A DNA stretch of 63,558 nucleotides, counting the filler, from Elsinoe ampelina (taxonomy: Eukaryota): NCBI GenBank assembly GCA_010093995.1. It is 7 parts of 7 records of this genome, joined end to end, with 100 filler letters (N's around TTAATTAATTAA, not from the genome) between each part and the next. Parts side by side here need not be neighbours in the genome. Positions count along the whole stretch, not along the records: positions 10,020 to 19,935 come from ML992575.1; positions 20,036 to 29,928 come from ML992576.1; 5 more parts are not named here. One strand, given 5' to 3'. The notes beneath the pieces are model-generated. The model was not told where the DNA came from. It made no database searches and was given only the letters and a program-made list of their open reading frames with translations. Both the position numbers and the translations under genes were made by a program. Positions 11,674 to 24,200 of the stretch are shown one piece after another (the stretch's first letter is position 1; each line of letters begins with the position of its first letter).

Positions 11674-12414
11674 AGTTGTAGGATAGTGCTTGCAAAGACT
11701 GGGCGGGATCAGATGTGAGGAACCAGGAGGATAAGACGGTTTGATATATGTTGGAGCAATGGCAAATCGACTTTGCGACCATTACTCGTGTCCAAGCCTA
11801 ATCAGACGAGCTTTGGTGCCCTCTGTATCGTAATATGATCTTGAAGATGGTAAATCAGAAGATGAACAAGATAGGAAAACGTAATGTCGGTCGGAAAATG
11901 CAGACAAGAAGAGTAGGAGAGCAGAGAGGACCCGTAACAGAAAAGAAGACATCCAATGTTTCCGGCAGCTCGGTTCCAGCCGCAGAGATTGCGGAGCGGA
12001 CCGCTTGTGGAGATTTGTTGTGGACCAATGACGTCCGCACGCGATTCGGCGACTGGCCAAGAGACCAAGACAGATAGACACGACTGCCAGCCCTGCACGA
12101 CATGGCATTGCGGCCTGCGCGTGGGATGCGGACAGAGACAATCCTCCAGATGACCAGATCCAAATAGCTAGTGGCCCGTACGACGACCCGCTGAGACAGA
12201 CACTTCCTACACGCCAAAAGGACCCCCACATGTTCCCACCTCAACATCCGGCACCGTGGCCAGCTCTTCCAGCATCCTCCCTGTGCATAATTCTAATAAC
12301 GCCTTTGAGCTAGTAGAGCTTCCGCCTCCAGCACTACGAGACCGACAGTCACGCCAGTCGTACCGGAATCAGAAAAGGCACGAGAAGCTTTTGGAGCTTC
12401 TGCCTGTCGTCGAC

Positions 12415-15022
12415 ATGAAATTTTCACATAGCATACAATTCAATGCGGTACCGGATTGGAGCAGCCACTACATCGCATACAGTAACCTGAAGAAGTTGAT
12501 ATATCAGTTGGAGAAGCAGGTACACCGAGGGAAACCCGGCGGCGACGATGCCGAATCTTCTCCTCTCCTTAATGGGAACTCGGAAGACCCTGACAAGGTC
12601 TTTTTGCGGTCGCTGGACAATGAGTTGGAGAAGATTACCAAATTCTTCAAATCGAAAGAGACCGAGATCAATTCCGAAGTAGAGGGCCTTCTCCAAGACG
12701 AGGAGGACTTCAATCACGAGCATGAAGGATTTGAAGGCACAGATGCAGCAGCGGCGCGGCGACCGAGTCTGTTCCAGAGAGCACGACAGGGCAGCATGTT
12801 CAAAAGCTTCACAGGCAACCAGCGGCGGAGAGGTAGCACCTTCGGCAGTCGGGAAAGAGAAGGTATACCCGAAGAAGATGAGAGTGAAGAGGAGGATATG
12901 AATGAGCGAACTCAGCTGCGGAAAACACGATCTAGGGACGAGGACATGAGCGCGAGCGGCAATCTGAGTGACTTTGGTCGAGCCTCGACAGAGATGCTCA
13001 GGCGCAAATCGAGCATGCACGATGCAGAGGATCAAGCCTTGTCGTTATTATACGATGAGGGCATCACCCTCAAGAAACGAACCATCAGTCTCTATACCAG
13101 TCTCTGTGAGCTGCGGTCCTTCATACAGCTCAATAAGACTGGTTTCAACAAGGTTCTGAAGAAGTACGACAAGACGCTTGACCGAAACCTGAAGAGCACG
13201 TACATGAAGAAGCAGGTCGAGCCAGCGTACCCATTCCTGGAGTCGTCGACGGGCAAAATCAATGAGAACATTGCCAAAATGGAGAGAGCGTATGCCGACG
13301 TGGTAACAAAAGGAGACGTGGAAAAGGCTCGTCAGGAACTGAGATTGCATCTGCGAGAGCATGTCGTGTGGGAGCGAAACACAGTCTGGCGAGAAATGAT
13401 CGGCATTGAGCGTAAAGCACAAGCTGCGAATCTCGGAATACGACAGACCATGCTTGGTCACGACACGGATCCTCGAAAGGCAAGACTGCAGGGTGACGAT
13501 CAAGAGGTTGCAACTAAGGAGGTCGAAACTCCAATTGGACGTTATCGATGCCCTCGATTCCTGCTCAGCTCGACTTTCTACACTCTCATGATCATCATTG
13601 CCATCTTCTTCGTCCTACTCCTGGTACCGATCATGAAGAAACCCGAACAGCAAAATTGCTTGGCTTTGGTCATCTTTGTTTCATTACTATGGGCCACCGA
13701 GGCGATTCCGCTGTTCGTCACTTCGTTACTGGTGCCCTTCCTGGTGGTGGTTCTCAGAGTTGCCAGGTCCGACGATAAGCCACATCACAGGTTAGAGTCG
13801 AAGCCGGCAGCGACATATGTCTTTGCTGCCATGTGGACTCCAGTTATCATGCTCCTCCTTGGTGGCTTCACAATCGCAGCGGCCCTCTCCAAGTACAACA
13901 TCGCCAAGATGATGGCAACTTTTGTGCTGAGCAAGGCCGGTACCAAGCCGCGGACTGTACTCCTCACATCCATGTTTGTAGCCATGTTCGCCAGTATGTG
14001 GATCAGCAATGTTGCAGCTCCAGTACTGTGCTTTTCCATTATCCAGCCAATTCTACGGAACCTCCCATCGGACAGTAACATGTCCAAGGCACTTCTTCTC
14101 GGCATCGCTCTGGCATCAAATATGGGTGGTGCTGCCTCGCCGATCGCCTCGCCTCAGAACCTCATTGCTCTGCAAAACATGAATCCACAGCCAGGCTGGG
14201 GCGTGTGGTTCTTCATCGCTTTACCAGTCTGCATCATCTCGATTGTCTTGATCTGGATCCTGCTCCTCGTCACCTTCCGACCGGATCGCAACACGACCAT
14301 TGTTCCCATCAGACCCATGAAGGATAAGTTTACTGGTATCCAGTGGTTCATCAGCATTGTCACGCTTCTCACCATCCTGCTCTGGTGTGTGTCACATCAG
14401 CTGCAACCAATCTTTGGCGACATGGGTGTCATCGCCATTATTCCGATCGGTCTCTTCTTTGGTACTGGCATCCTCACCAAGGAAGACTTTAACAACTTTC
14501 TGTGGACCATCATCATCTTGGCCGCAGGTGGTCTTGCTCTTGGCAAGGCCGTGGCCTCTTCCGGCCTGCTTCACACCATTGCAGGCGCCATCACCGAACA
14601 AGTACAGCACCTGAGCCTGTATTCTGTCCTCTTGGTGTTCACCGCATTGATCATGGTGGTGGCGACTTTCATCTCGCACACTGTTGCGGCACTGATCGTG
14701 CTACCTTTGGTTCAGCAAGTTGGTCAAGGCATGGCCGAACCGCATCCCAATCTTCTGGTCATGGGCAGTGTGCTCATGGCTTCGGCTGCAATGGGTCTCC
14801 CAACGAGTGGCTTCCCTAACATGAGTATGTCCCAATCCATACGCTCAATTGTATATCACCATCTAACATTTCACAGCGGCGATCATGATGGAAGATCCCC
14901 AGACTGGTCAACGATATCTGAAGGTGCGGCATTTCCTCACAAGAGGTGTACCAAGCTCGCTCATGGCGTTTGTCGTAATTGTTACCATCGGATATGGATT
15001 AATGCTAGCGGTCGGGTTTTAG
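12415..15022 (+). CDS. PHO91: SPX-domain low-affinity phosphate transporter (Pho87/Pho90/Pho91 family)
   Basis: MKFSHSIQFNAVPDWSSHYIAYSNLKK and LNKTGFNKVLKKYDK SPX motifs, followed by an SLC13-type multi-TM domain. Intron 14825-14876 restores SGFPNMTAIMMED; stop TAG 15020-15022. Confidence 0.92.
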
Positions 15023-15297
15023 ATAGACATTATCGAGTACTCAAGCTCACTATGGATTGAGAGCGCGATGAGTTTGCAATGAGCATCAGACAAAGCAGTT
15101 TACCACAGCCCGTGAAACAATACCGATCATTTTGCAAATTTACCTGCCACAGATGACATTGGTGCCAATTACATTTCCGTTCATAAGGTACATCACTTCG
15201 CCCGATTGAATACTATGCTATGCCCCAGTCCGATTCTGACTCCCGATGTAAGATGCCCAGTACCCGTGCCTGAGCATTCCGAGGTCGAGCATCATCC

Positions 15298-17946
15298 TTA
15301 TGCGGTCCCGACCAAAGTCCCGCCACCAACTCGCATGCCAACAAATCCCTTTCTTTGCCTTCCAGTCCTGCCTCGTCCCAGCCAGTTGTGTTTCAATACA
15401 CCAGTCAAGCGCTCTAATACGCCTTGACCCTGGTCACCTGTCTGCACGCCGGCCAGAATACTAACGCACTGGAGCATCCTGGCTACCGTCTCGGTCACCT
15501 GAGCACTCGAGACTTGCATTCCACCCGTCAGCGTTATGGTCGATGTAGATGTGAGCAGTGACGCCGTGGTCGGCTCCGGTACGGATATGGCCGAACGAGA
15601 TCGTGAATGGCCCGTTCCGATCTGACCAGACGAGGAAGGTGTCGAAGTTCCTGGAGTTGACGTCGCTTGTGGTGGCGGATGAAGCGGAGATGGTAGATGA
15701 GGAAGAGAAGTGCCGAAGCTACCTGCTGAGGTATTTGACGTGGCTCGAGAGCGATTGGAGCTAAAGACACCTGACTGAGATGGTGATGAGTTTGCGGCTG
15801 CGTCGAGCAAGGTGGATGTCTGAGACGAGTAGGAACTGAGGCGAGGCGATAGAGAGCCTGCCGAGGTAGAAGGGCGCTCGGCGCCTGGTGCAGTTGGGTT
15901 AGATCCACCGCGAGATCGAGAGGCGATGGAGTCTGAGGGCCCCGCATTGATACTATCCAAGCTGAGGCGAGAGAAGATCATGAGTAAGGCATCTGCGCGA
16001 GGTAGAAGTACAGTGTCCCGGAAGGAGATAAGTGTCATTCGTCGTACGTCGAGCTCTTCTCCCAGAGAGGGCAAAGCCTTTGCATTAGCTCCCCCTGCCG
16101 AGCCCGGTCGTTCTTCTGATCGAAAAGTGTCGGGCATTGCACCCCAGAATTCTGCTGCTTCACGGGTGGTCATGATAAGACCATGACCACGGAATTCCTG
16201 GTCAAGTGGGAGGAAGACAGCTTGAATAAAGGGCAGGACCACGCAATAAATCATCTGCCACATCTCCGCGAGATTAGGGACGAGCCGTTCGTCAGGCAAG
16301 TTGCGGAGTGTCTGCGCTAGAGATGCGAAGCCTGTCTCGAGGAACTCCCGAAGATCTTCGACGAGGACATGTGGTGCCCGCTTTTGAACACATCGTCTGA
16401 TATGAACGGAGACGAGGAGATTGAAGTCTTCGACTGGAGTACGAATGTCCTCACCCTCGAAAATATTCAAGAGTCGTGCTTTGAGCAATGGCCAAGCGTC
16501 GTCAGGGGTGATGCCTGACAAACCCATGTTGTTGCCGAGATTGTTGAAGGCCGCCGCCGATGCTGTAGGATTTTGGTCAAAGGAAAATACACTTGCTGAT
16601 GTGCCTGAAGGAGGACCGAGGAATGAGAATGTCTCCCCAAGACTGCTCGGGCCAGAGAATTCTGACCGGTAGTCTGTATTGACGTTCATGCTTGAGCCCG
16701 CCATAGACATGCCTGATGATGCTGCCGCCTTTTCCTCCTTCCGCTTGTCCCGAAGACCTCTGCCACCGTGTCGAAGGTCGAGACCGGTGACAGATTTTGA
16801 GAAGGCAGAATTGGCCCCTGGAGATTGCGGAGTGAAAGAGTATAGTGAGGACGGCGCTGATGGATCAACTGCTTGTGAATTTGAAGAGGCTGATGAGAGC
16901 GGTAAGAATTTCTCGCCATGCTTGTGCTTTTGACGGGATAGGAAATGCGGCCGGTGTTTCTCCTTATCCAGATTGACTGCGGTGGAGGACGGGTTGGGAA
17001 CAAGCGTGGAAGTAGAGTTGTTGCTTGTGGTTGTTGAGTAGATGGATGCGCTACTTGACATGGTGCTGTCCAGAAGGCTGGTTGTGGATGTGCTTGCAAT
17101 GCCGGGTGGGAAACCGCGCTTGTTCGGGGAGGGGAGACTGGGAAGCTTCTTGTCGAGGTCTTTGTCTTTGTTGATGCCGATGGTCTTGGGTTTAGAGAAG
17201 AGCTTCATCTTCGACTTCTCCTTGCCTTTACCTTCCTTCTCCGGCACGAGCGGTGGCACGGGAGGGAGAAGTGAGTCGTCCATTGATGTCGTGCTGGCGT
17301 TGGGGATCGGACTCTTGGGATAGGCAACATTGGCGGCCGTCGTGGCGGTAAGCTTGCCATTCTCAGGGTTGCTCGGATAGTCGTGAGATCTTTGGTGATA
17401 TGGCGGGCTGGTGGCGGTCGGTGATGGAGCTCTTCGAGGTGGAGCGGTGCTCGTGTTGAGAGGAGCCAGCCCTGGCATGGACCGTTTACGGTCGTTCATG
17501 GACAGAGAAGCCGGGCCAAGATGGTTCATGGCTGTTGCAGCGGCAATGGCGGAAGCTGACAGGGTCGAAGCTGATGCTGTGGGTAATGATGGCTCGAAGA
17601 AGCCTTGGGAGTGTTGTCGCGGTCGATGTCCAATAGCGGCACCGCTACTCGCGGCGTGAGGTCGTTGGCCCCTCATCTGGTCCTCAATTGACACTCGCGG
17701 TGCAGGTCTCGAGAAGTTTGTCAGATTCGAGGATGATGCTGGTGCCGTGGCACCGCCGGCGGTCGATGGTCTTGGTGGCACCTGACTTGGATGAGCTGTC
17801 CGTTTGACAGCAGTCTGAGCCGCATGCTGAGAGTCATTGGACGAGAGGGAGGAAGCACTTCTGTGCGACGCTGTAGACTGTGATCGTTCCTGCGATGGTC
17901 GTGGCGGCGGGCGTAGGCCAGTCACGACATGGTTGGTGGGGTTCAT
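15298..17946 (-). CDS. HbrB-domain (Bit61/Protor-like, TORC2-associated) protein
   Basis: Long Ser/Pro-rich ORF with conserved core DDAWPLLKARLLNIFEGED...W...VLPFIQAVFLPLD...LISFRDTV...RMLQCVSILA. First ATG at 17946. Confidence 0.8.
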   Translation of the reverse strand: MNPTNHVVTGLRPPPRPSQERSQSTASHRSASSLSSNDSQHAAQTAVKRTAHPSQVPPRPSTAGGATAPASSSNLTNFSRPAPRVSIEDQMRGQRPHAASSGAAIGHRPRQHSQGFFEPSLPTASASTLSASAIAAATAMNHLGPASLSMNDRKRSMPGLAPLNTSTAPPRRAPSPTATSPPYHQRSHDYPSNPENGKLTATTAANVAYPKSPIPNASTTSMDDSLLPPVPPLVPEKEGKGKEKSKMKLFSKPKTIGINKDKDLDKKLPSLPSPNKRGFPPGIASTSTTSLLDSTMSSSASIYSTTTSNNSTSTLVPNPSSTAVNLDKEKHRPHFLSRQKHKHGEKFLPLSSASSNSQAVDPSAPSSLYSFTPQSPGANSAFSKSVTGLDLRHGGRGLRDKRKEEKAAASSGMSMAGSSMNVNTDYRSEFSGPSSLGETFSFLGPPSGTSASVFSFDQNPTASAAAFNNLGNNMGLSGITPDDAWPLLKARLLNIFEGEDIRTPVEDFNLLVSVHIRRCVQKRAPHVLVEDLREFLETGFASLAQTLRNLPDERLVPNLAEMWQMIYCVVLPFIQAVFLPLDQEFRGHGLIMTTREAAEFWGAMPDTFRSEERPGSAGGANAKALPSLGEELDVRRMTLISFRDTVLLPRADALLMIFSRLSLDSINAGPSDSIASRSRGGSNPTAPGAERPSTSAGSLSPRLSSYSSQTSTLLDAAANSSPSQSGVFSSNRSRATSNTSAGSFGTSLPHLPSPLHPPPQATSTPGTSTPSSSGQIGTGHSRSRSAISVPEPTTASLLTSTSTITLTGGMQVSSAQVTETVARMLQCVSILAGVQTGDQGQGVLERLTGVLKHNWLGRGRTGRQRKGFVGMRVGGGTLVGTA

Positions 17947-18425
17947 CTGAGGATCGTATGGTAGCCCCAACTGGGCCGTAAAATAGCCCGGCGGCCCAAG
18001 CGTTCAATTATCTACATGAATCACCATGCCCAGGTCGTTCAGAATTGCGGTTGGCGATGATCTGTCGCTGGAAAGTGGGTGGATGTTGGGGATGTCTCTA
18101 CCAAAGGACCCGGGGGATGTGAAATTCAGCCGCATCTCTCTTGAATGTCGGCGAGTCGGCGCTTGGTCTTCTCCGGCCCGACATGTGCCAAGATATCGAT
18201 GTCATTTTCGGATTTTTGGTGAAGCGCAAGATTCAAAGAAATCACCGTCAGCGATCATCTCGATCAAAGCATCCGCGTCACTCTCGCTCAGCCTCTCATT
18301 GTTGTTACTGTCTCTTGATTTCCGAGGGTAGTTGATATCCGAAACACAGCAGAACTCCGCAAGTCAAGCCAAGCTGAAACCCTCGACTCGTCCAGTCGCC
18401 GACAAGTCCTGAAGTCCTGCCATTC

Positions 18426-19781
18426 ATGGTATTTGCCCGTGTGGCAGATTACCTGGGTGGTACAGATCAATCTCAATCCCAATCACATAGCCTCTCTCTC
18501 GCCGAAGATGGCTCGATGCAATCACACGACCAGTCCAGCACTTCAAGATGGAAGGAAGAAAGTGTTTCCGCGGATATTGGGGATGAGATCGAGGAGCCCA
18601 GGCCACCTTTTATCCATGTGAGCGAGGGAAACATATGCTTGAGATCTCTCTGACATTTCGCAGGCAATGATAGCGGGAGGGACAGGTGGGATGATGGGAG
18701 ACATGCTCATGCATTCTCTCGATACTGTCAAAACCAGGCAGCAGGGTGACCCGCATATGCCACCAAAGTACACGAGCATGACGAATACATACACAACGAT
18801 CTGGCGACAAGAGGGTATACGGCGAGGGTTGTACGCGGGAGTTACACCCGCATTCCTGGGTTCTTGGTTCGGCACGGTCATTTTCTTTGGCAGCTATGAG
18901 TATGGAAAGCGCTTCCTGATAAATCACGGCGTTGCACCATCTGTATCATATTTCGCGGCTGGTATTGGCAGAATCTATCGCCGTACTACGCTCTGCTAAC
19001 AAATTCAGGCTGGTTCGCCGACTTGGCCGCATCTCCTCTCTATGTGCCGAGCGAGGTTCTGAAGACTCGACTACAACTTCAGGGCCGACACAATAACCCT
19101 CATTTCAACAGCGGATACAACTATAAATCGACATGGGACGCATTGAAGACTATCGTTAGAAAAGAAGGAGCAGCAGAATTGTTCTCGGGATACAAAGCCA
19201 CCCTCGCTCGCGATCTTCCCTTTTCGGCGATTCAATTTGCCGTGTACGAGCAAGAGCAGAAGCTGGCAAAAGCATGGTGTGGGCGAAAGGACATTGGTCT
19301 ACCTTTGGAGATCTTCACCGGTGCCAGTGCTGGAGGGTTAGCAGGTGTATTGACCTGTCCATTGGATGTGGTGAAGACGCGAATACAGACGCAGTTGGAC
19401 CCTGCGTTGACCGCGACCAAAAAGTCTTCGAAGCCCCTTAACACGGCCTCAATCCGTCATTCTCATCCTGCAGACGCCCCACTACGGCCTCACTCGAGTG
19501 GCCAGATGATGGCAGAGACAATCAAAAGCACCGCACAGCGACACATCTCAACCGGTGGGCCTTCTACCAGTCTTCGAAATCACGGCCAGATCACTCTGGA
19601 CACTGAGTCAGTCTTGGCCGGCTTGAGAATCATCTACAAAGCAGAAGGTTTTGCTGGACTGCTGCGCGGAGTCGGGCCCAGGGGTGTGTGGACCAGCATA
19701 CAGAGTGGTACCGTGTTGGTCATGTATCAGCAATTCCTCAAGCTATTTGAAGCGTACCCGCTGGTCAATGACGATGCTTAG
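18426..19781 (+). CDS. Mitochondrial carrier family protein (YMR166C/Mme1-like), 3 exons
   Basis: Three carrier signatures (HSLDTVKTRQQ, PSEVLKTRLQ, PLDVVKTRIQ). Introns 18618-18663 and 18962-19008. Start uncertain (18426 or 18516). Divergent from the HbrB gene. Confidence 0.88.
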
Positions 19782-19935
19782 GACTTGGCTGCTGGATCGA
19801 GTCTCCACCATAGAGCACCATTGTACATCGCAGACTCCAATCCATTGTAACATAGTAACATCACAAACTTGATGAACGAGGCGTCTTCTAGAACGGAACG
19901 TGTTAGCTGTGACCGGCGGCTTCAAAGCATAGATT

Positions 19936-20035
19936 NNNNNNNNNNNNNNNNNNNNNNNNNNNNNNNNNNNNNNNNNNNNTTAATTAATTAANNNNNNNNN
20001 NNNNNNNNNNNNNNNNNNNNNNNNNNNNNNNNNNN
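19936..20035. other. Artificial contig linker
   Basis: N44-TTAATTAATTAA-N44. Confidence 0.98.
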
Positions 20036-21070
20036 AGTTCTTCTAGTAATAGGCGGTATAGAGGCTCTATACGTAGTAGCTTAGCGCTGTCTTTAAGTAT
20101 AATACAGTTATTAAAATCCGGCCGATACTAAGGAAGCGTATTAGATTATTCTCTAGAGAAGATATTAGTAAACTTCTATAACTCCTCTAGGAGAACTACT
20201 ATAGGATCTAGTTCTAGCTTAGAGGCTATCTAGTAGTAGTCTTTAATATCTTTTACTAAGATTATAAACACCTTATTCTCTTAGTATTTAGCTACTAATA
20301 TAAAGGTAGCTACGCCGATAAAGGCGATAGTTAGCTCTTCTTATTTAGCATTACTTACGTAGGTAGGTACGTAGAAGAACTTATATATTAACTAAGTACT
20401 ATAAGAGACTAGCTTAAACTCTCCCTAATCTAGCTTAAAGTTTAACCTAAGAGCTAGTAGCTAATATTGTCTAGCTCGTCCTAACTTAGTAGCTAAACTA
20501 GAACTAAACTAGTTCTAAACTAAAATAGAGACTTTACCGAGCTAGATTCCTAGATCTAAGCTAGGTTTAGATCTAGGTTCTAGTCTCTTAATTAGCTATA
20601 GTAGCTCCTACTTAACAACGACTAGTATAGAATCTTCTTTATATATAACTTAGCTATATTTATAGTCGATAGTAGCCCTATTAGCCTTAAGCTAGCTAAG
20701 GCTAAGAATAATGTTAAAACGGCTAATATCTATAATACGAAAGGTAGTAAGAGCGTTTAGCTTACTAGAGATAGTAGTAGTAAGAGAGATACTATATATA
20801 ACTTATTCTATCGGAATACTATTATAAGCTTAAAGCTAGATAGAGCTAGCTAGTACTACTAGATAGCCGAAGCTCTTTAGCTTATTAAGGACGTTATAGT
20901 TAACTATAGCGCCGATAAGCGCGCTAGTGTTAATAAAGGCTTATAGTATAATAGTGTAGAAATAGTTATATAGGTCGTAGATAGTAATAGGAGTTATAAT
21001 AGCGGGGATATAGTAGCTAATAACGCTGTTTATTAACTTTACCTCTCTAGATCTATCTCGAATTGCCCTT

Positions 21071-21257
21071 TATAAGGGCATAGTATTAGGGCGGTACTTA
21101 GTAGTAGCTAGTCCCGCTTACGTAACGTACCTAGATATCCTATATAGCACTTACGCCTAGGACTTAATAGTAATTAGTTCTACTACTAACGGACTATTCG
21201 GTTAGATAGACGTTCTCTATATTACGATATATATAGCTTTAATATATAGCGTTAATA
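21071..21257 (+). repeat. 5' LTR of the nested Gypsy element
   Basis: Direct repeat of 27529-27715, differing mostly by transitions. Confidence 0.9.
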
Positions 21258-24200
21258 GTTCTAATTACTCTACCTATAGTTATAATCTATTAGACTCTAT
21301 AGACAACTAGAACTACATTAGCGAGGTACTAGCGCCTTACGTTATTAATGTTATAGAGATAGACTCTATTAAGTAGACTTCTCTAGAGGAAGAAAAGACC
21401 CTTATAGAGTAGCTACTATACCTATATGCCGAGCGTAAGCGTTTAGAGCTAGAGCTTAAGGCTTAAAGCCTCGAGGAAGAGATTAAGTAAATATACTATA
21501 TACGTAATATAGGATACTACTAAGTAGGCTTCGACTATAGCTCGCGTGCTTTTACTAAGCCTATAGTAAGTAATACTAGCATATAGAGTATATATAGTAG
21601 TAGTAGGCTATTCGTAAGGCTATTCTCTAGATAACCTTAACTAAGGAAATCTTATCTCTATTAGAGTAAGACTCTAAAAGAGGTAAGATTCTTTCTAAAG
21701 AATCTCGAGGTTATCTTTACTCTAGCCCTTAAGGCTTACTCTACCGACTAGTAGAAGGTACTATATAGAGTTATATTTCTTATAGGCGAGCTAGATAAGA
21801 TATAGTACTACCGCTACTACGTAGATAGCCTAAAAGACTATATATAGAAGCAATTCCGCTAGTTCGTATAGGACGTAGTTAATAACTCTATTAATTATAG
21901 AGTATATATAACTCTTATATATAAGGGAGCCTAATAATATAAGGGCTAATCTATCTAGGCCTTTACCTTAGAACTTACTACTCTTAAGGAGTAACTAGCT
22001 TTCTACTCCAAAGAGTAGAGAGTATACTATCTCCTTACTAAGCTATAGCCTACGCTACGTACTACTATTATTAAACACTATACTATTCTAGCTATACGCT
22101 AGGAGTTAGTCTCTTTAGGCTTACGTATTAAGTCTATAGACTATACTAGTAGTAAGTACGCCGTATAGGAAGATAAAAGTAACTACCTACGTAAGTATAG
22201 TAGTTATAGTAGCTCCCGAGAAGGATACTACTACTAGTCTAGTAGCGGCTCTTAAGCTTACTATAAGCGCGAAGCTACTAACCTACTTACTAAACAGTTT
22301 AGTAGTTAGAGGGGTTTCTCTAATAAGTAGAAGAGGGACGCTAAGTGCTATAGTTATAGTAAAACTAGTTATATTAAGCTAGAGTATAGGTCGAAGCACC
22401 TATAGAAGGATAGCGAGTCTTAGGCGGTACATAAGGTTACTACTATAGATAAGTCTAATAACTCTAAGTTAGGAAACTCTAAGGGCTTAGCTAAAGAGTA
22501 TAACTAAGCTCTTCTTCTCTCCTAATTAACGCTTATCTATCGCTGCCCTATTATAGCGCTATTATAGCGCCTATAGAGCGTAAAGACTATATATTTCTTA
22601 TAGATAATTATATAGAAGTTAATCTTATATCTTAGGTATTTACCCTTCGTTACGATTTACTAAGGGTTAAGTATACCTAGTATCTAAGTATATCTTCCTT
22701 TATAGGGTAAGCCGGATTCTACTACGGTATATACTAGCTTCGCGTATATCTAGTAGACTTCTATAGCGACCTTAGGGAGATAATTAGCCTCTTCTACACT
22801 ATAGACTTAGGACTAGGCCCTCTAGTTATCTTAGGGCGCCTATAGCGAAGAAGATAATATATAATTATAGATAGTACTATAGATAACTAGTTATATAGCT
22901 ACTTCTTATATATAGTTTACTTACGCAAACTAGAAGACTTTATAAAGGACCTTAAGAACGAGCCGAGAGTATATACTATAGTATAGACTCTATCTAAGGA
23001 GAGTACTTACGCTATAAGTAACTTAGCTCTTTCGCTAGAGTTTATAGAGTTCTTCGATATCTTTATATATAAGAACATTACTAACCTACTACGCCTACTA
23101 GGCGTAGAGTATATAATTAAGCTAGAGCTAGGTAAGAGGCCTTCGTTCTAGCCTTTATATAACCTTTTAGTTAAGGAGCTTAAAGTACTTAAGGACTATC
23201 TCGAGACTACTTAATTAAATAGGTAGATTAGGCGCTCTATAAGCGAGGTAAGTACTTCTATCTTATTTATGCCTAAGAAAGATAGTAGTCTACGCTTATA
23301 TATAGATTATTAAGACTTAAACGAGGTAACTATTAAGAATCGCTATCTACTTCTACTTATTAGTAAGACACTTAATTAGCTCGAGTAAGCCTAGTAATTT
23401 TCGAAGTTAGATCTTAAGGATGCCTACTATAGGATCCCTATTAGGCGTAGTAATAAGTAGAAGACTACGTTCCGTATATACTATAGCTATTTTAAGTATC
23501 TAGTTATACCCTTTAGATTAACTAACGCTTCTACTACCTTCTAAGCGTATATTAATAAGGCGCTAGGGGGGCTAGTTAATAATATCTATATCGTCTATCT
23601 AGATAATATTCTTATCTATAGTAACTTAAGAGAAGACTACGTACGCTACGTACGTAAGATTCTTATAAGACTACGAAAGTTTATATTATACGCTAGCCTT
23701 AAGAAGTGTAAATTCTTTATAAAGGAGGTAGAATTCTTAAGCTATATTATCTCTACTATAGGTGTCTCGATAGATCCGAGTAGAGTAACTATAATTAAGA
23801 ATTAGCTAAAGCCGAAAAGCTATTATAAAGTCTAGTAGTTTATAGGCTTTATAAACTTCTACTAGCGCTTTATATAGTACTACTCTAAGATTATTACTCC
23901 TCTCTCTAGCCTTCTTAAAGGCTCGGTTAAAGGTTATAAGTATAGCTCTTTTATATAGGGCATAAGTAAATAGTAGATATTTAAGAATATTAGGGACACT
24001 TTCGCGTATGTCTCTATTCTCTACTACTACGATCCTACGCTACCTTTACGTATTAAAAGCGATATATCGAAGTTTATAGTAGTAGCTATACTATCGTAGC
24101 TATTCGATAGTACTTAGCACTCTATTACCTTCTAGTTAAGGAAGATAATCTCTACTAAATATAACTACGAGACGTACGACTAAGAGCTATTAGTAATCGT

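Noticed and set aside
14825..15060. C-terminus of the 934-aa ORF as given in the track
   Set aside because: Read-through of an intron; the spliced frame restores the family C-terminus and stops at 15022.
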